In this document: positions 36,560-47,141 of the stretch, in pieces | How the letters are laid out: each line of letters opens with the position of its first letter | How positions within the stretch are numbered: the stretch's first letter is position 1 | The notes under the pieces: model-generated | What the model was told of the DNA's origin: nothing | Databases searched by the model: none | What the model saw: the letters and a program-made list of their open reading frames with translations, nothing else | Origin: an uncultured virus (IMG/VR IMGVR_UViG_3300046479_000175) | Lineage: Duplodnaviria > Heunggongvirae > Uroviricota > Caudoviricetes | Length of the DNA: 64,000 nt | Direction: 5' to 3' (one strand) | Virus record (IMG/VR): IMGVR_UViG_3300046479_000175 | Position numbers and translations under genes: made by a program

Positions 36560-37689
36560 TACGTTCCGCTGACTGTGATCGTGTTCGCTTTTATGACATT
36601 TTTTGGTGTCGCTGTCACGTCCGAAGTTCCACTGTTGAGCGTGACGTCCTGCACATTTGCAACTCCCAGCACGCCGTAGGCAACAGCCGCGAGCTGCGTA
36701 TAAGGAAGGCTGTTTCCAAGTCCAAGGCCATTGATGAAATTCGTGAGCGCCAGTGCGACATTCGCGGCGACCGTGTTAGCGACGTAGCCCGGCGCCGCAA
36801 CAATCTGCATGTTGACGTTGGCTGTCAGGACAATGGGCGGAAAAACGCCGTACTGGATCGTGAAGCCGCGGACTGATTCGATTGCTGCACCGACCGCATT
36901 GATGAGGCTCGTTGGAGGGGTTCCAGTCCCATCGTCGATGACCGCGTAGAAGAAACCCGGCTGATAAGAGCCGTTGTAGGCGTAGTTCTCGGTCACTGTC
37001 CGAAAGATGCCCTGCCGGACGCTCGCAATCGCATACTGAATGGCAGAGAGGATCGCCTTTGAGAGCGAATTTATGAACAGGACGAACCGCGCGCGCAGCG
37101 CCGGGTCCAGTTCAGCATCCAACCCGTTCGTGAACGCCGCGGCATTCGTTACCGTATCGACGCCAGCGATCCCTTGCGTGATGATCGTGACCGTGTTCGC
37201 CAAGACGTTTCCGGCTGACCCAGCCGTCACCGCCTGCGCCGGCACTGTGACGGTGCCCTGTCCGGAATTCATCACATATCCGCCAGCCGTGGCGCTGTAG
37301 GCTGCATTCGTCGTATCGAGTGTGACGAAGAAGTTTTGCGTACCATCCTGACTTTGTTCAGGAGAGTTGATCGGAACAACCGCCGATCCTGTCGTCGAGA
37401 ACCGGCTGAAAGTGAGTTGTCCGACAGCAGCTACCGCATCAAGGCGCTCCATGCCGAAATCGTTGACGAACGAATCGAGATCAGGCCCGTTCGAGGTTGC
37501 CGCACGGGTTATCGTGAGCACATAGGCGACTTGGGCCTCGAGCCACAGCCCCATGGCCGCAACAGCCTCGACAATGGCGCGGAGAACCGAGCCTACCGTC
37601 AAATTCAGGGCAATCGTAGCCCTCGCCTGAATCGACGTGACCATGTTCTGGACGAGTGTCGAGAAGTCCAGAGAATTAATGCTCGCCAT
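36559..37689 (-). CDS. baseplate J/gp47 protein
   Basis: GSVLRAIVEA..ATS.G.DLD..G.ER..A..A.G..TF; GGLDAE.D..LRAR-like block. Confidence 0.9.
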   Translation of the reverse strand: MASINSLDFSTLVQNMVTSIQARATIALNLTVGSVLRAIVEAVAAMGLWLEAQVAYVLTITRAATSNGPDLDSFVNDFGMERLDAVAAVGQLTFSRFSTTGSAVVPINSPEQSQDGTQNFFVTLDTTNAAYSATAGGYVMNSGQGTVTVPAQAVTAGSAGNVLANTVTIITQGIAGVDTVTNAAAFTNGLDAELDPALRARFVLFINSLSKAILSAIQYAIASVRQGIFRTVTENYAYNGSYQPGFFYAVIDDGTGTPPTSLINAVGAAIESVRGFTIQYGVFPPIVLTANVNMQIVAAPGYVANTVAANVALALTNFINGLGLGNSLPYTQLAAVAYGVLGVANVQDVTLNSGTSDVTATPKNVIKANTITVSGT

Positions 37690-37698
37690 GGTCGATCC

Positions 37699-38067
37699 TT
37701 ACGGCGTTGCCTGAAAGCTCAAGGTCGTAGGCTCATTGCTGTCCGATTCCACATACCGAATGCTGGAGGTTACCACGCCTCCAGTGTTGGAGACGAGATC
37801 GACCTGCGGCTGAGGATTCTGTACGACCGACTGTTCAAGGTACATCTGCGTTGTGATAACACTCTTCATTGAGGCTTGATCCGTAGGCTGCCCAATCCAC
37901 TTCAGGATGCCGCCGCCGTAGAGCGGGTGCCAGATGTAATCCCCCGGATTCGTCGGGAGCCTTCGAAGGATGCGTTGCTGACTTTCCAGTACGGAGTCGA
38001 CGGTCTGTAGATCGCCATTGCTTCCAAACTGGAGATCTCCCGTCATGAAGTGGTAAGCGTCCGCCAT
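37699..38067 (-). CDS. baseplate wedge W/gp46-like protein
   Basis: QRILRRL.TNPGDYIWHP.YG.G. Confidence 0.75.
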   Translation of the reverse strand: MADAYHFMTGDLQFGSNGDLQTVDSVLESQQRILRRLPTNPGDYIWHPLYGGGILKWIGQPTDQASMKSVITTQMYLEQSVVQNPQPQVDLVSNTGGVVTSSIRYVESDSNEPTTLSFQATP

Positions 38068-38073
38068 TGGTAC

Positions 38074-38709
38074 CTACATAGTTGGAACAGGAGTAGCCGT
38101 ACTATCACCACCACCTTGAACGCCTGGATGCACGTGCTCGTTATATTTGGCGCGCATCGCTTGCATGCTCTCGTTTGTCGTCTCGCTTTGATCCGTGATG
38201 TCGCCGGTCGCGATGATGTTTCCGTTCACAATGAGGTTGGGCGTTGTCATCGTGACATTGCCGGTCGAGGTCAAATTGGTAGCGCCGCCGACGGTGGCGT
38301 CCAGATCACCAACAGCGTTGACCGTGAGCTTGGTATCGTTCGTCAGCTTGATGAAGCTGCCGCATTGATGGACGAGCCACACCTCCCCTGAAGGCACAGG
38401 GCCGGGCGGGACAGTAACGGAACTATAGAACCTTTTCCCGATATATCCCGCGTTCTTGCCGCCTTCCTGGTATTGGACCTCGACCACATCCCCTACCGTT
38501 GGGCCAAAAAGAAGACCCCATCCGTTGCCGACGAATTCGGTCCCAATCGGCAGGAAACCTGTCAGAACGTTTTCCGGCTGAAGTAGAACCTTGGCGCAAT
38601 AGAGGTTGGGGTCGTAACTGTCGATGATCCCGATACGTGGCTTACCCTGAGTAGCGAAGAAGCGCTCACATTCCCGCCTCACAATATTCAGGATTCCTGA
38701 GATGTTCAT
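38074..38709 (-). CDS. baseplate spike protein (gpV-like)
   Basis: N-terminal OB fold; C-terminal HVH iron-binding tip. Confidence 0.85.
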   Translation of the reverse strand: MNISGILNIVRRECERFFATQGKPRIGIIDSYDPNLYCAKVLLQPENVLTGFLPIGTEFVGNGWGLLFGPTVGDVVEVQYQEGGKNAGYIGKRFYSSVTVPPGPVPSGEVWLVHQCGSFIKLTNDTKLTVNAVGDLDATVGGATNLTSTGNVTMTTPNLIVNGNIIATGDITDQSETTNESMQAMRAKYNEHVHPGVQGGGDSTATPVPTM

Positions 38710-39809
38710 AGGATCGTCGTGGATTGAGTGCTGTGGTTCTTGGCGCGAACGGTCATCCGGGATTGCTCGAAGGAGACCTTCCGCGTGATCGTGTCTGGAT
38801 AATACTTTTGGTCGAAACTCGTTCCCGTGCCCGTAAGCTGAATGGGCGTCCTGATGGTGAGCGTGTCGTCTCCCGCCATCTCCGTGGTGATGACGCGTTC
38901 CATGCGCGTAATCTGTTCCGCCTTCTGCATGGCGTAGTTGAGTGCGGCCTGCTGAGTCAGATTGGGAACCGTGAAACTATAGGTCTGCGCCTGACCACCG
39001 GCGCGCTGGCCCTTGTTTGCCTGCGTTCGCTTGTAGGTGACCTCAAAGGCCTTCTCTTGAAGCTGATTCCAGCTCCGAACGATCACAATGACATCGCGAG
39101 CCAAAGTCTGGCTTCGTTTCATCTTCATATCGGTGAAGTTTGCATACTGGCCGATCCCTCCCTGCGATGGTTCTGAGTAAACCATCTGAAATGGAGCGAC
39201 CGTATCGAGATCGAGAGCAGGCTGAAAGTTCAACGTATTTCCGCTCACCCACAAATCGTAGCCTTCATGCTGTGCGAGGAAGATAAGCAAATCCCATTCC
39301 GATTCCTCACGCGTCAAATTGACCTGATCGACCGCGTAATACGTTCCAACCTTGGTTTTCGTCTGTGCGATGTTCGCTTGCAGGCCATGCCGGGCAGCAA
39401 GTGTAGCCGCGATCTGAGATGACGTCTGATTCTGGAACTTCTCGGTTGTCTTTGCATCGATGAACAGGGCGGAAAGATCTCTGCCTGTGAGCGTCACAAT
39501 CTGTCGGATCTGATCGATCTCAGCGTCGTCCACCTGTCCTAAGAGCGTCGGAGCAGAGGTTCCTATTCCAGACCCAATTGAAACCTGCACCTGATCGTTT
39601 ACCGAATCGGCCCAGTAGGACGCACCATAGCCCTGAGGCATCGCCGTTAGGGAGCATTCAACCCGAAACGTGTCGGATGTGAAGTGTGAAGCGTTCGTGA
39701 TCTCGGCCGAATAGGCAGGTAATGCCACCGAACCGTTCAAGAGAACGCTTAAAGAGGGCTGACGAAACTGCGATCCAGCGACCGGATTAGTCGGGGCCAG
39801 GAGGGACAT
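38706..39809 (-). CDS. baseplate hub (gpD/gp44-like)
   Basis: LTGRDL...ESEWDLL..LA..EG; position in the module. Confidence 0.8.
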   Translation of the reverse strand: MSLLAPTNPVAGSQFRQPSLSVLLNGSVALPAYSAEITNASHFTSDTFRVECSLTAMPQGYGASYWADSVNDQVQVSIGSGIGTSAPTLLGQVDDAEIDQIRQIVTLTGRDLSALFIDAKTTEKFQNQTSSQIAATLAARHGLQANIAQTKTKVGTYYAVDQVNLTREESEWDLLIFLAQHEGYDLWVSGNTLNFQPALDLDTVAPFQMVYSEPSQGGIGQYANFTDMKMKRSQTLARDVIVIVRSWNQLQEKAFEVTYKRTQANKGQRAGGQAQTYSFTVPNLTQQAALNYAMQKAEQITRMERVITTEMAGDDTLTIRTPIQLTGTGTSFDQKYYPDTITRKVSFEQSRMTVRAKNHSTQSTTIL

Positions 39810-40008
39810 AAACACCTCCACCGGCGTTTGCATTGACGGCAGGAATGTCCAATTCAACTAGACCCGTCAGCATCGGATCAGGAACACCACCATTCGGGGC
39901 AAGAGCCGACAAATTCGCGAGCGCTATCCGATCCCACTGCGTAGCGTCCCCAAGGTATGCCAGTGCGATCTGAAAGAGATTTCCACCTGCAATATTGATC
40001 GTTTGCAT
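39787..40008 (-). CDS. LysM/tail X-like protein
   Basis: NLFQIA..YLGDATQW.RIA..N...DP.L......L.IP. Confidence 0.75.
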   Translation of the reverse strand: MQTINIAGGNLFQIALAYLGDATQWDRIALANLSALAPNGGVPDPMLTGLVELDIPAVNANAGGGVYVPPGPD

Positions 40009-40778
40009 TAGGGTCCTACCGATGAAACGTTCTTGCTCATCACCCCGAGCACATCACTCAGGGGGATAAGCGTTGAAAGCTGGCCCAGAGCACTTGCCTG
40101 TCCGGCAACATTAGCCGCAATGGTCTGCGGCGGCAAGCCTGCCGTACTGCCGAATACCGTTCCGGCTACGGGCGTCACTTGGCCAGACGCTGTGCTGATA
40201 GCGGTCTGTGTCACGCCTTGAACTGAGACGATGCTTTGATTAAGCGAATTCAATGCTGCCGGGCTCGCGCTGGAGAGTATTCCAATTGTGCTGGCCGCGG
40301 TCTGCAATTGGTTGAGGCCTGTCGTTACACCCGCGATGTTCGCCTCGGCACCGAGATTGACCGCCGACGCCAGATTCGTGCCAAAGATCTCATCAATCGT
40401 CTGCAGAAGCGAGGGGATGGGGATCGTATTATCGACCAGCACTTCGAGAGAAATCCGGTAAGGGATCTCCATCGGCGATTGGTAATCGAAATCAAAACTC
40501 TCGATGACGACAAGGTAATTGAAACTGCTCCAAGTGAGCTGAACCGGAAGTCCAGCCGCGGCCATTGCTTTGACTTGCTGGAATCGTTGCTCCGCAACAC
40601 TCCCCCTAAACCTGCCACTGAACTCAAGAGGATCATCATCGCGCCCGAGCGCGTCTATTGTGCGGCTTCCACCGAGATATTTCTTCGTATCCAGCTTTTG
40701 CTTTATGCGGCCCTTGATGCTTTCAGGATTCTCCCAATCCTGCAGTATCACGCCGCCAAGGGTAAGAAGGACGATCAT
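40008..40778 (-). CDS. tail tube initiator (gpU-like)
   Basis: Directly downstream of the tape measure gene. Confidence 0.65.
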   Translation of the reverse strand: MIVLLTLGGVILQDWENPESIKGRIKQKLDTKKYLGGSRTIDALGRDDDPLEFSGRFRGSVAEQRFQQVKAMAAAGLPVQLTWSSFNYLVVIESFDFDYQSPMEIPYRISLEVLVDNTIPIPSLLQTIDEIFGTNLASAVNLGAEANIAGVTTGLNQLQTAASTIGILSSASPAALNSLNQSIVSVQGVTQTAISTASGQVTPVAGTVFGSTAGLPPQTIAANVAGQASALGQLSTLIPLSDVLGVMSKNVSSVGP

Positions 40779-42571
40779 GGCGCCGATGGAGCGAGGGACA
40801 TCGACCCGTCGAACCCACTACCCGACGAGGGCATGACGTTCATCCCGTTGTAGAGGTGTTCCGTGACAGATTGACCGATCACCCGGCCATCCAGATGAAG
40901 GGCGTTTTGAATAACGATTTTGCTATTGCTCGGCGGAGCCGACACGCTTGATGAACCTCCCCACGAGCCCGAATATCCGCTCGGACCAACGTTGATCCCC
41001 AGATTTCGTTTTACCCATCCCGTGATGCCAACATAAAGGCTGTCAAGCCAATTGATGATTCCGTTCCAGACTTGCGCCAATCCGTTTTTGATGTAGCCCC
41101 AATGGGCATATATTTCATAGGCTCCGAGCACCGCTAGACCAATTCCTCCGACGATAAGCCCGATAGTTCCGCCGGCAATCAATATCGGAGCAAGAATGGC
41201 AAACGCAGCGTGAAGTGCGAGGAACGCGGCAGCACCCGTCGCGATTACACCCGTTGCAACGAGAAGCCCGGATAGCGCTGTTGCAAAATAAATCATGTCC
41301 CGTGCAGCGTTTGGATGTCGGGCGGCAGCATCAGCGAGGAAATTGAAGGCCTTGGCAGCACTCAGCAGCGCGGGAATCACGATTGGAACAAGAGCGCGGC
41401 CAGCGGCCGTTTCGAACCTATTCATCGCCGCGGCATAAGCCAACTCTGCCCCACGCGGGGTTTTGAGCGCCATCGCCAGTAAATCCTCGCGACCCATCGC
41501 ATTCTTGTCGATGGCAACGTTTTTGTTGATCTTGTCCTGCTGCATGAGCATCAGGGAGAAGAGATTCGAGCCGGTGCGATTGCCGAAGATCGCTCCCATC
41601 TCGTTAATCATGGCCTGCTGCGTCGTAATGCCCGCGGCTTTCAGGGCTGGGATGAGAACCTGCTGCATCCAGTGATATGGGTCAGTTGTGTACTGGTCGA
41701 AGCCTTTCAACGCGCCCGGATGAATAGCTTTGATCTGTCCGATCTTGTCGTAATCGACGTTTTTCGGGTCGAGGATACCGAGCCTCATCATCTCGCGCGC
41801 TGCGCGTACCGTTGATCGGCCCTGTGCCAGATTGTTGTAGGCAGACATCGTGCCCGTGCCGACGCGGTTGCCGCTCATTTCCTGAATGAGAGGTTCCATC
41901 GTGTAATAGAACATCTCGTTATCGAGCAGCCGGCCGCTGACGCCTGCCGTCTTGATGAAAGCGAGGAAGTCACTCGGCTTCACCATGCCGCCGGTACCGG
42001 AAATCACCTTCTGCATCATCTCGGCTTGGGCGAGGAATGTCGCGGCGTCCTTATAGCCACCCTTAATCTCAATGATCTTCTCGAGCGCCCTGATCTGCGC
42101 CGCGTCCATCTTCATGCCACCTTCGCCGAACACCGCCTTATTGGCGAAGGACATCTGTGCGAATTTCGGTGCCAATTGCATGGCAAGCTTTGGATCACCC
42201 GTGACGGCAGTCAAATCCCGAAGGGTTGCCATCATTTCCGTCGACGAAACACCAATGGCATTCGTGGCGCGTGCGAAATTGTCGGCATTGCGGTTCATCA
42301 CATCGCCGAGATTCAATGCCTTGAAGCGCGCGAACGTGTTTTCGTATTCTTTGGCGACTTCGTAGGTCTTATCGAGGACTTTGAACCCCGCATACCCTAT
42401 GGCACCGCTGATGATGCCAAGCGTTCCTAGGACCTTGATATCGTGCAGTGTCTTCTTAAGAGCTACTGCCTTTGCGTCTGTCTTAGCAAAGTCCTTGGAC
42501 ATCGCCGCGAGCGCAGTGCTGACGGTATTTGTCAGCGCAATCGTGATGCCGATCTTGAATGCTTCAAACAT
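40775..42571 (-). CDS. tape measure protein
   Basis: Ala-rich helical protein with hydrophobic segment; C-terminal LHLDGRVIG. Confidence 0.85.
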   Translation of the reverse strand: MFEAFKIGITIALTNTVSTALAAMSKDFAKTDAKAVALKKTLHDIKVLGTLGIISGAIGYAGFKVLDKTYEVAKEYENTFARFKALNLGDVMNRNADNFARATNAIGVSSTEMMATLRDLTAVTGDPKLAMQLAPKFAQMSFANKAVFGEGGMKMDAAQIRALEKIIEIKGGYKDAATFLAQAEMMQKVISGTGGMVKPSDFLAFIKTAGVSGRLLDNEMFYYTMEPLIQEMSGNRVGTGTMSAYNNLAQGRSTVRAAREMMRLGILDPKNVDYDKIGQIKAIHPGALKGFDQYTTDPYHWMQQVLIPALKAAGITTQQAMINEMGAIFGNRTGSNLFSLMLMQQDKINKNVAIDKNAMGREDLLAMALKTPRGAELAYAAAMNRFETAAGRALVPIVIPALLSAAKAFNFLADAAARHPNAARDMIYFATALSGLLVATGVIATGAAAFLALHAAFAILAPILIAGGTIGLIVGGIGLAVLGAYEIYAHWGYIKNGLAQVWNGIINWLDSLYVGITGWVKRNLGINVGPSGYSGSWGGSSSVSAPPSNSKIVIQNALHLDGRVIGQSVTEHLYNGMNVMPSSGSGFDGSMSLAPSAP

Positions 42572-43059
42572 CAGACATCCTCGATTTCGATGCGGCCTTC
42601 AAACACATATTCACCGACGAGTGCGGTGACGACGCTCTCCCCGACAATTTGCTTTATCTTCTCGAGATTTTCGGTCGCAGCGCTGCCGAAGGTTGAACGG
42701 GGAGGCATGTTCTTCGTGCCCAGCTCGTCATAGACGGCAATGTCCGAATCCGATCCGACAAACCCCTCGTTGTCCTTGACTTCACGCTCAACAGAATCCC
42801 GCAAACCGCCCCTTCTCAGCAGTGGCTCATCCTCTGGGTAGCCCTGGCGCTCACGATCCTGCTTCGTCGATTCCGCCAACTCAGCCCATGCCACGAACGG
42901 ACCGGCCTCAGGCTGATACTCTCCGTATTTGTCTTTTACCTTTGCTTGCAGGAACTTCGTGGCCTTTTCCAAGGCCGAATGGTTGGCTTCGTGCTGCGCA
43001 AGCGCAAGCTCGCCGCAATGAACCGACGCCTCTAAAAAGCTGGTAAATTCATGTGGCAT
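42571..43059 (-). CDS. virion morphogenesis / HK97 gp10-like protein
   Basis: WAELAEST..PLLR.G.LR.S..VGS....A.Y.E.GT..MPPR. Confidence 0.7.
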   Translation of the reverse strand: MPHEFTSFLEASVHCGELALAQHEANHSALEKATKFLQAKVKDKYGEYQPEAGPFVAWAELAESTKQDRERQGYPEDEPLLRRGGLRDSVEREVKDNEGFVGSDSDIAVYDELGTKNMPPRSTFGSAATENLEKIKQIVGESVVTALVGEYVFEGRIEIEDV

Positions 43060-43657
43060 CAGCTCTCCTTGATCCACGACATTTCGCTCCACGACCAACG
43101 GCCACCATTGAACTGGCCAAAGATTATTCCTGCGGCGATGCGCTCGGTCGTCGTGAATACGAAGGGTTCATCAGGAGGAAGTTCGGCGGCCACATGCCAC
43201 GGCACTCCGTTATGAACGAGCCAAAGCACGCCCGGAAGCTCGGAGCGCTCAACTAGTTTTTTATTTCTTGCCTCTTCTTGAACTCGTCCACGATCTTCGT
43301 CAGATCGGCTTCCGGGAAGTGCTCGGCAATGGCCAAGGTGATCTGGAGCAGGGCGGCATCACCAAGGCGTTCAGCAACGGCTTCGAGAGCTAAGACAGTC
43401 TGAGGACGGGGAACATTGTCGCCATCGATCTGTGCCGCGCAGTAAGCAGGGACAGCCATCGATAGATAGATTTCGTTCTTCGAATTCTCGGCGCCGATGA
43501 TGCTGCACATGCGCATGCGGTCCATCGGGCCCATCCGGCGCACGATGATCTGGCGGCCGTCTTCCAGCGTGATGGGGGCAGTCCCGTGCGCCAGCACGGG
43601 CTTCGCCTCCGGCGTTGCCGCCTCGCCATTCGGTGGCGGATTGACCGTTACCTGCAT
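43059..43657 (-). CDS. tail assembly chaperone G (43253-43657) with -1 frameshift product GT
   Basis: Ends ATA AAA AAC TAG; the -1 frame stays open to 43059 and reads LWLVHNGVPWHVA...GGRWSWSEMSW. Confidence 0.8.
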
Positions 43658-44088
43658 TACGTCACCTGAGTCTTCGTCGTTGCATTGAAGGTGATCGTCT
43701 GTTCAACGCGAGCGTCACCCTTCCAATCCCCAGCATCGTCCATCTTGAGAACGACGCCAGTGTATTGCCATGTCGTCGTCGTTCCGTCAGCTTCCAGAAT
43801 GACCTCCTGAATTGTCCCCGAGGGGGTATTCTGGCCTGCGTAATAGGCCCCCTCTAGGGCGGCAAAGAAGGTATCGACTGTCGGATTAAGCCTGTCAAGC
43901 TTAAAGCTTCCCGTCCAGCCATCCGGGATTTCCCCGAAATATGTCATGCCGTCCAAGCGCTTCGACTTTAGATCGGTGAACAGCGGCTTCGCCGTGAAGC
44001 TGGTCAGCCCCGTCATCGTCAGATTCCCGCTTGGCGTAGTGACGGTAAGGCTGACGTCTTTGCCGACGGAAAAACCATTAACAGGCAT
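43657..44088 (-). CDS. tail tube protein
   Basis: 143-aa protein following the sheath gene. Confidence 0.8.
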   Translation of the reverse strand: MPVNGFSVGKDVSLTVTTPSGNLTMTGLTSFTAKPLFTDLKSKRLDGMTYFGEIPDGWTGSFKLDRLNPTVDTFFAALEGAYYAGQNTPSGTIQEVILEADGTTTTWQYTGVVLKMDDAGDWKGDARVEQTITFNATTKTQVT

Positions 44089-44118
44089 GTTGCTACCTCA
44101 TTTGGGTTTGGAAAGGAA

Positions 44119-45909
44119 CTAGGTGTTCGCTTGCGCTCCGGCGCGCTGGATCACGACGGACTGGCCGCCCTGCAAGTTGACGATGAAGAATTCCGTGATC
44201 GCCTGATATTGCACCTTCACATCCGCCTGCAAATAACCGAGCGCGGTCCGCGACAGCGGGTTATTGGTTCCCTTCCCGAGACCCATATTCACCTGCGCAT
44301 CGTTGATCATCCCGTTCGGCATGCCCGCGGAAGGCAACTTCATCGCTGAGAAGAAGGAATTGAGCGTCGCTTTCGTGTTCTGCACGAGGGTCGGAGTGAT
44401 CGGCTGACCGATGACCGTACCCATGCCAGCGTTAAGCGTAGCGGCAATGTAGTTGGTCATCCGGGTGTAATTGTCCCCGTGAATGACCGCATTGCTCGAC
44501 GAATTATGGCCGAACTGCGCGCCGAAATAGTTGCCCCCCGGGCAGGGGTTGGCGATCACATCGCCACGCGTCAGACCAAGAGCCTGCAATTCCGCCTGGC
44601 TGTATTTCTGGTTCGCATAAGATTTCTGCGTACCGATGATGCCGAGAAGGGGTTTGTTTAGCGTGCTGAGGTTCGGGGAAAGGTTAGCCAGCAGACCCGC
44701 AATGAACCCTTGCGGCGAGATGAGGCGCACAAGCCCGTTCACATTGTCGTTGATATAGCACCAATCCCCGAACAGCAGTTTGATGGCGTAGCTATCAACG
44801 CCGTTATTCGCAACTTCGGTCGCGAAATTCGCCAGCGTGTCGCCGGCGGGGCTCACCGCGATCATGTAGGTGCCTTCGGACAGACCGTAGGCGACCTGTG
44901 TCGTCCATTCGGTCGGATCATCGAGATCCGTCAGCATCGCCACACTCGTTGCCGTGTTGCGCAGGGCATACATGCCCGAGCGTGGAATAGTGTCCACACC
45001 CACCATCACGGCGGAAGTGATCGTCGTAGCACCATCCGTGCCGCCGCTAAAGCTCAGCGTCTGCGCAACGGCTGCGCCGGTTGCGGCACCCAAGCTCGCA
45101 ACGACGAGCTGCGACGGGCCGCGCAGGCCGCTCTGGCCCATATTAATGGCGTTGACGATGTTGGCGTAGAGGGTGTTTCCGGTACCACCGATGTTGTCGA
45201 AGACTTCAGGGACCTGTCCCGGAATCGCATTCGTTACCTTAAACGTCGGATTAGCATTTGTACTGTTGCTGCCGGTGGAGATGGTCGTTACAAGCTGGTT
45301 GCCCAGACTACCCGTGTAGAAGGCGCTCAAAGTGACGCCGGTGGGGAACGTCAAATTGAATGTCGCTCCCGTGCCACCCCCGGACGTTGCGGACTGCGCG
45401 ACGGGGTTGGTGGGGATCGTCGATTGCGTATAGCTTCCGGGGGTTGTGACAGAGACCGTCGCAACCGCGCTGCCGGTTTTGGTAAGGACCGTGAGGACGC
45501 ATCCGCCGGGAAGTGTGATCGTGTCGCCGACGTTGTAGCCGGTACCGCCCGCTGCGACCGCAGCAGCCGACGCAGCCGCCTGTTTGAGCGGCGCCGAGGC
45601 TGCAACGTCCGTACCGTCCGTGACGCGCACGAGCCGAAGGGATGCCGAACCACCCTGTAGGGACGCGGCAGCGACCGCTGTTCCAAGATCATATTTGCGT
45701 GGCTGCATCGCACCGAACTGGATCGATGCATCCGTGACACCGCTTGCGATTGCCGGGCTGTTGACCGGACCCCATGTGGCCGTTCCAACGATGCCCAAGA
45801 TGTTTGTCGGCACGCCGTTCAGAAGCGTCCATGAAGGCGGAACGATCTGGACAATGAGGCCGGGAACGATAAGGGCCGTGGTGTTGATCTGCCCTTGCTG
45901 GACAATCAT
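44119..45909 (-). CDS. tail sheath protein
   Basis: VPG..VQ..P..GVPTNI.GIVG.A.WGPVN.P; SGGTDG; C-terminal sheath block. Confidence 0.9.
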   Translation of the reverse strand: MIVQQGQINTTALIVPGLIVQIVPPSWTLLNGVPTNILGIVGTATWGPVNSPAIASGVTDASIQFGAMQPRKYDLGTAVAAASLQGGSASLRLVRVTDGTDVAASAPLKQAAASAAAVAAGGTGYNVGDTITLPGGCVLTVLTKTGSAVATVSVTTPGSYTQSTIPTNPVAQSATSGGGTGATFNLTFPTGVTLSAFYTGSLGNQLVTTISTGSNSTNANPTFKVTNAIPGQVPEVFDNIGGTGNTLYANIVNAINMGQSGLRGPSQLVVASLGAATGAAVAQTLSFSGGTDGATTITSAVMVGVDTIPRSGMYALRNTATSVAMLTDLDDPTEWTTQVAYGLSEGTYMIAVSPAGDTLANFATEVANNGVDSYAIKLLFGDWCYINDNVNGLVRLISPQGFIAGLLANLSPNLSTLNKPLLGIIGTQKSYANQKYSQAELQALGLTRGDVIANPCPGGNYFGAQFGHNSSSNAVIHGDNYTRMTNYIAATLNAGMGTVIGQPITPTLVQNTKATLNSFFSAMKLPSAGMPNGMINDAQVNMGLGKGTNNPLSRTALGYLQADVKVQYQAITEFFIVNLQGGQSVVIQRAGAQANT

Positions 45910-45952
45910 GGTCGAACTCCGTCTATGGGAAAGGGGCTACGGGAAATCTGGC

Positions 45953-46129
45953 CTAGTCGTGATGCTCTTCCGGAGGCTGCTCGACAGAATTGATCACTTG
46001 CTCATGCTCCGCGGCCACGACATGGACTCTATTGGGACCGCTCAAGACGTCGGCGATGACCTTCTCATCCGTGATGACCGATCCCTTCTGGTAAGTCAGG
46101 AAGTCGGATTTGACGACGAGCACGCGCAT
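45953..46129 (-). CDS. small pre-sheath protein
   Basis: Hand translation MRVLVVKSDFLTYQKGSVITD...; GAGG RBS. Confidence 0.55.
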   Translation of the reverse strand: MRVLVVKSDFLTYQKGSVITDEKVIADVLSGPNRVHVVAAEHEQVINSVEQPPEEHHD

Positions 46130-46136
46130 GGGTTCC

Positions 46137-47141
46137 TCACATGTAGATGTTTTCGATGAAGGCTGATTCGAGTTCGAGGTCAGTGCGATCTTCGAGCAGA
46201 AGTTTCCCGCCGCTTTCTAGAGCAATTCGGCCGATAGGCACAACGCCACCGTTAACATTGACCTCGAGGATCGTGACTTGCGGCGCCTGCGAGGCGATGG
46301 TCGTCCCGTATTCGCAGGAGTAAATCAGGTCACGACGATAGATCTCTTCTTTCTGAACCGTGTCCGTCACCGGGCTGCTCACGTAAATCAATCGGCATCC
46401 CGTGCCATCCGGCATGCTGAGAAACTGCGTGCTCTTGAGAACCGGATCGAATAACTTCGCAGCGTTATCCCGCAAATCCGGCGATGGGCACCAGAGCGTG
46501 ATCATCACGTTGCGTTTTTGTCGGGCGACTTCCTGAAGCGCAGTTCCCACAACCCCGATACGCGGCTTGATCGAATAGGCTGTCGGGACAGAAATTACCG
46601 GACCATTTGAGGTGGCCGGCGTGTTCGTATTGATCAGCGCAGCGAGGGCCGTCGCAATCGAGGTGAGAGTGTCTCTCGCTTGGACAGCGTAGGAATACCC
46701 AACACCATTAACCACCGCGGCCACATTCTGCGGCACTGTCACTGTTCCGCCGACCGTGAGGCACGGAGCACCCTCCAGTTCTAGGGCGCCGGAACCGCCT
46801 TCCAGAAGGAACTCGCCGCCGCCTTCTAATTCAACATCGCCGCCGCTTACGACACCCACCAAAAGAGTGAGGGTCGGCGCAGGTAGAGGCAAGACATCAT
46901 AATCGAGGCTGTATCGTGTAACGTTCTGCTCGACACGGGTCGAAAACACCGATACGTCGACGGTCCCATTTGCCATATCGACATCGAGTTGATTCGGCTG
47001 GGGCCATCCCCGGTAAATCTGGGTATTGTGCGTCTTTCCTTCGGCATCGAGGACAGCCGAGGCGTTTTCGGTTCCGAGCGGATAGGCCAGTTGGGTCAAC
47101 AGCGATTTAATCGCCTCTTCGACATCAGATATGTCAGCCAT
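46137..47141 (-). CDS. tail terminator / neck protein
   Basis: Position; IYRGWP, ITLWCP.P..RD. Confidence 0.65.
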   Translation of the reverse strand: MADISDVEEAIKSLLTQLAYPLGTENASAVLDAEGKTHNTQIYRGWPQPNQLDVDMANGTVDVSVFSTRVEQNVTRYSLDYDVLPLPAPTLTLLVGVVSGGDVELEGGGEFLLEGGSGALELEGAPCLTVGGTVTVPQNVAAVVNGVGYSYAVQARDTLTSIATALAALINTNTPATSNGPVISVPTAYSIKPRIGVVGTALQEVARQKRNVMITLWCPSPDLRDNAAKLFDPVLKSTQFLSMPDGTGCRLIYVSSPVTDTVQKEEIYRRDLIYSCEYGTTIASQAPQVTILEVNVNGGVVPIGRIALESGGKLLLEDRTDLELESAFIENIYM

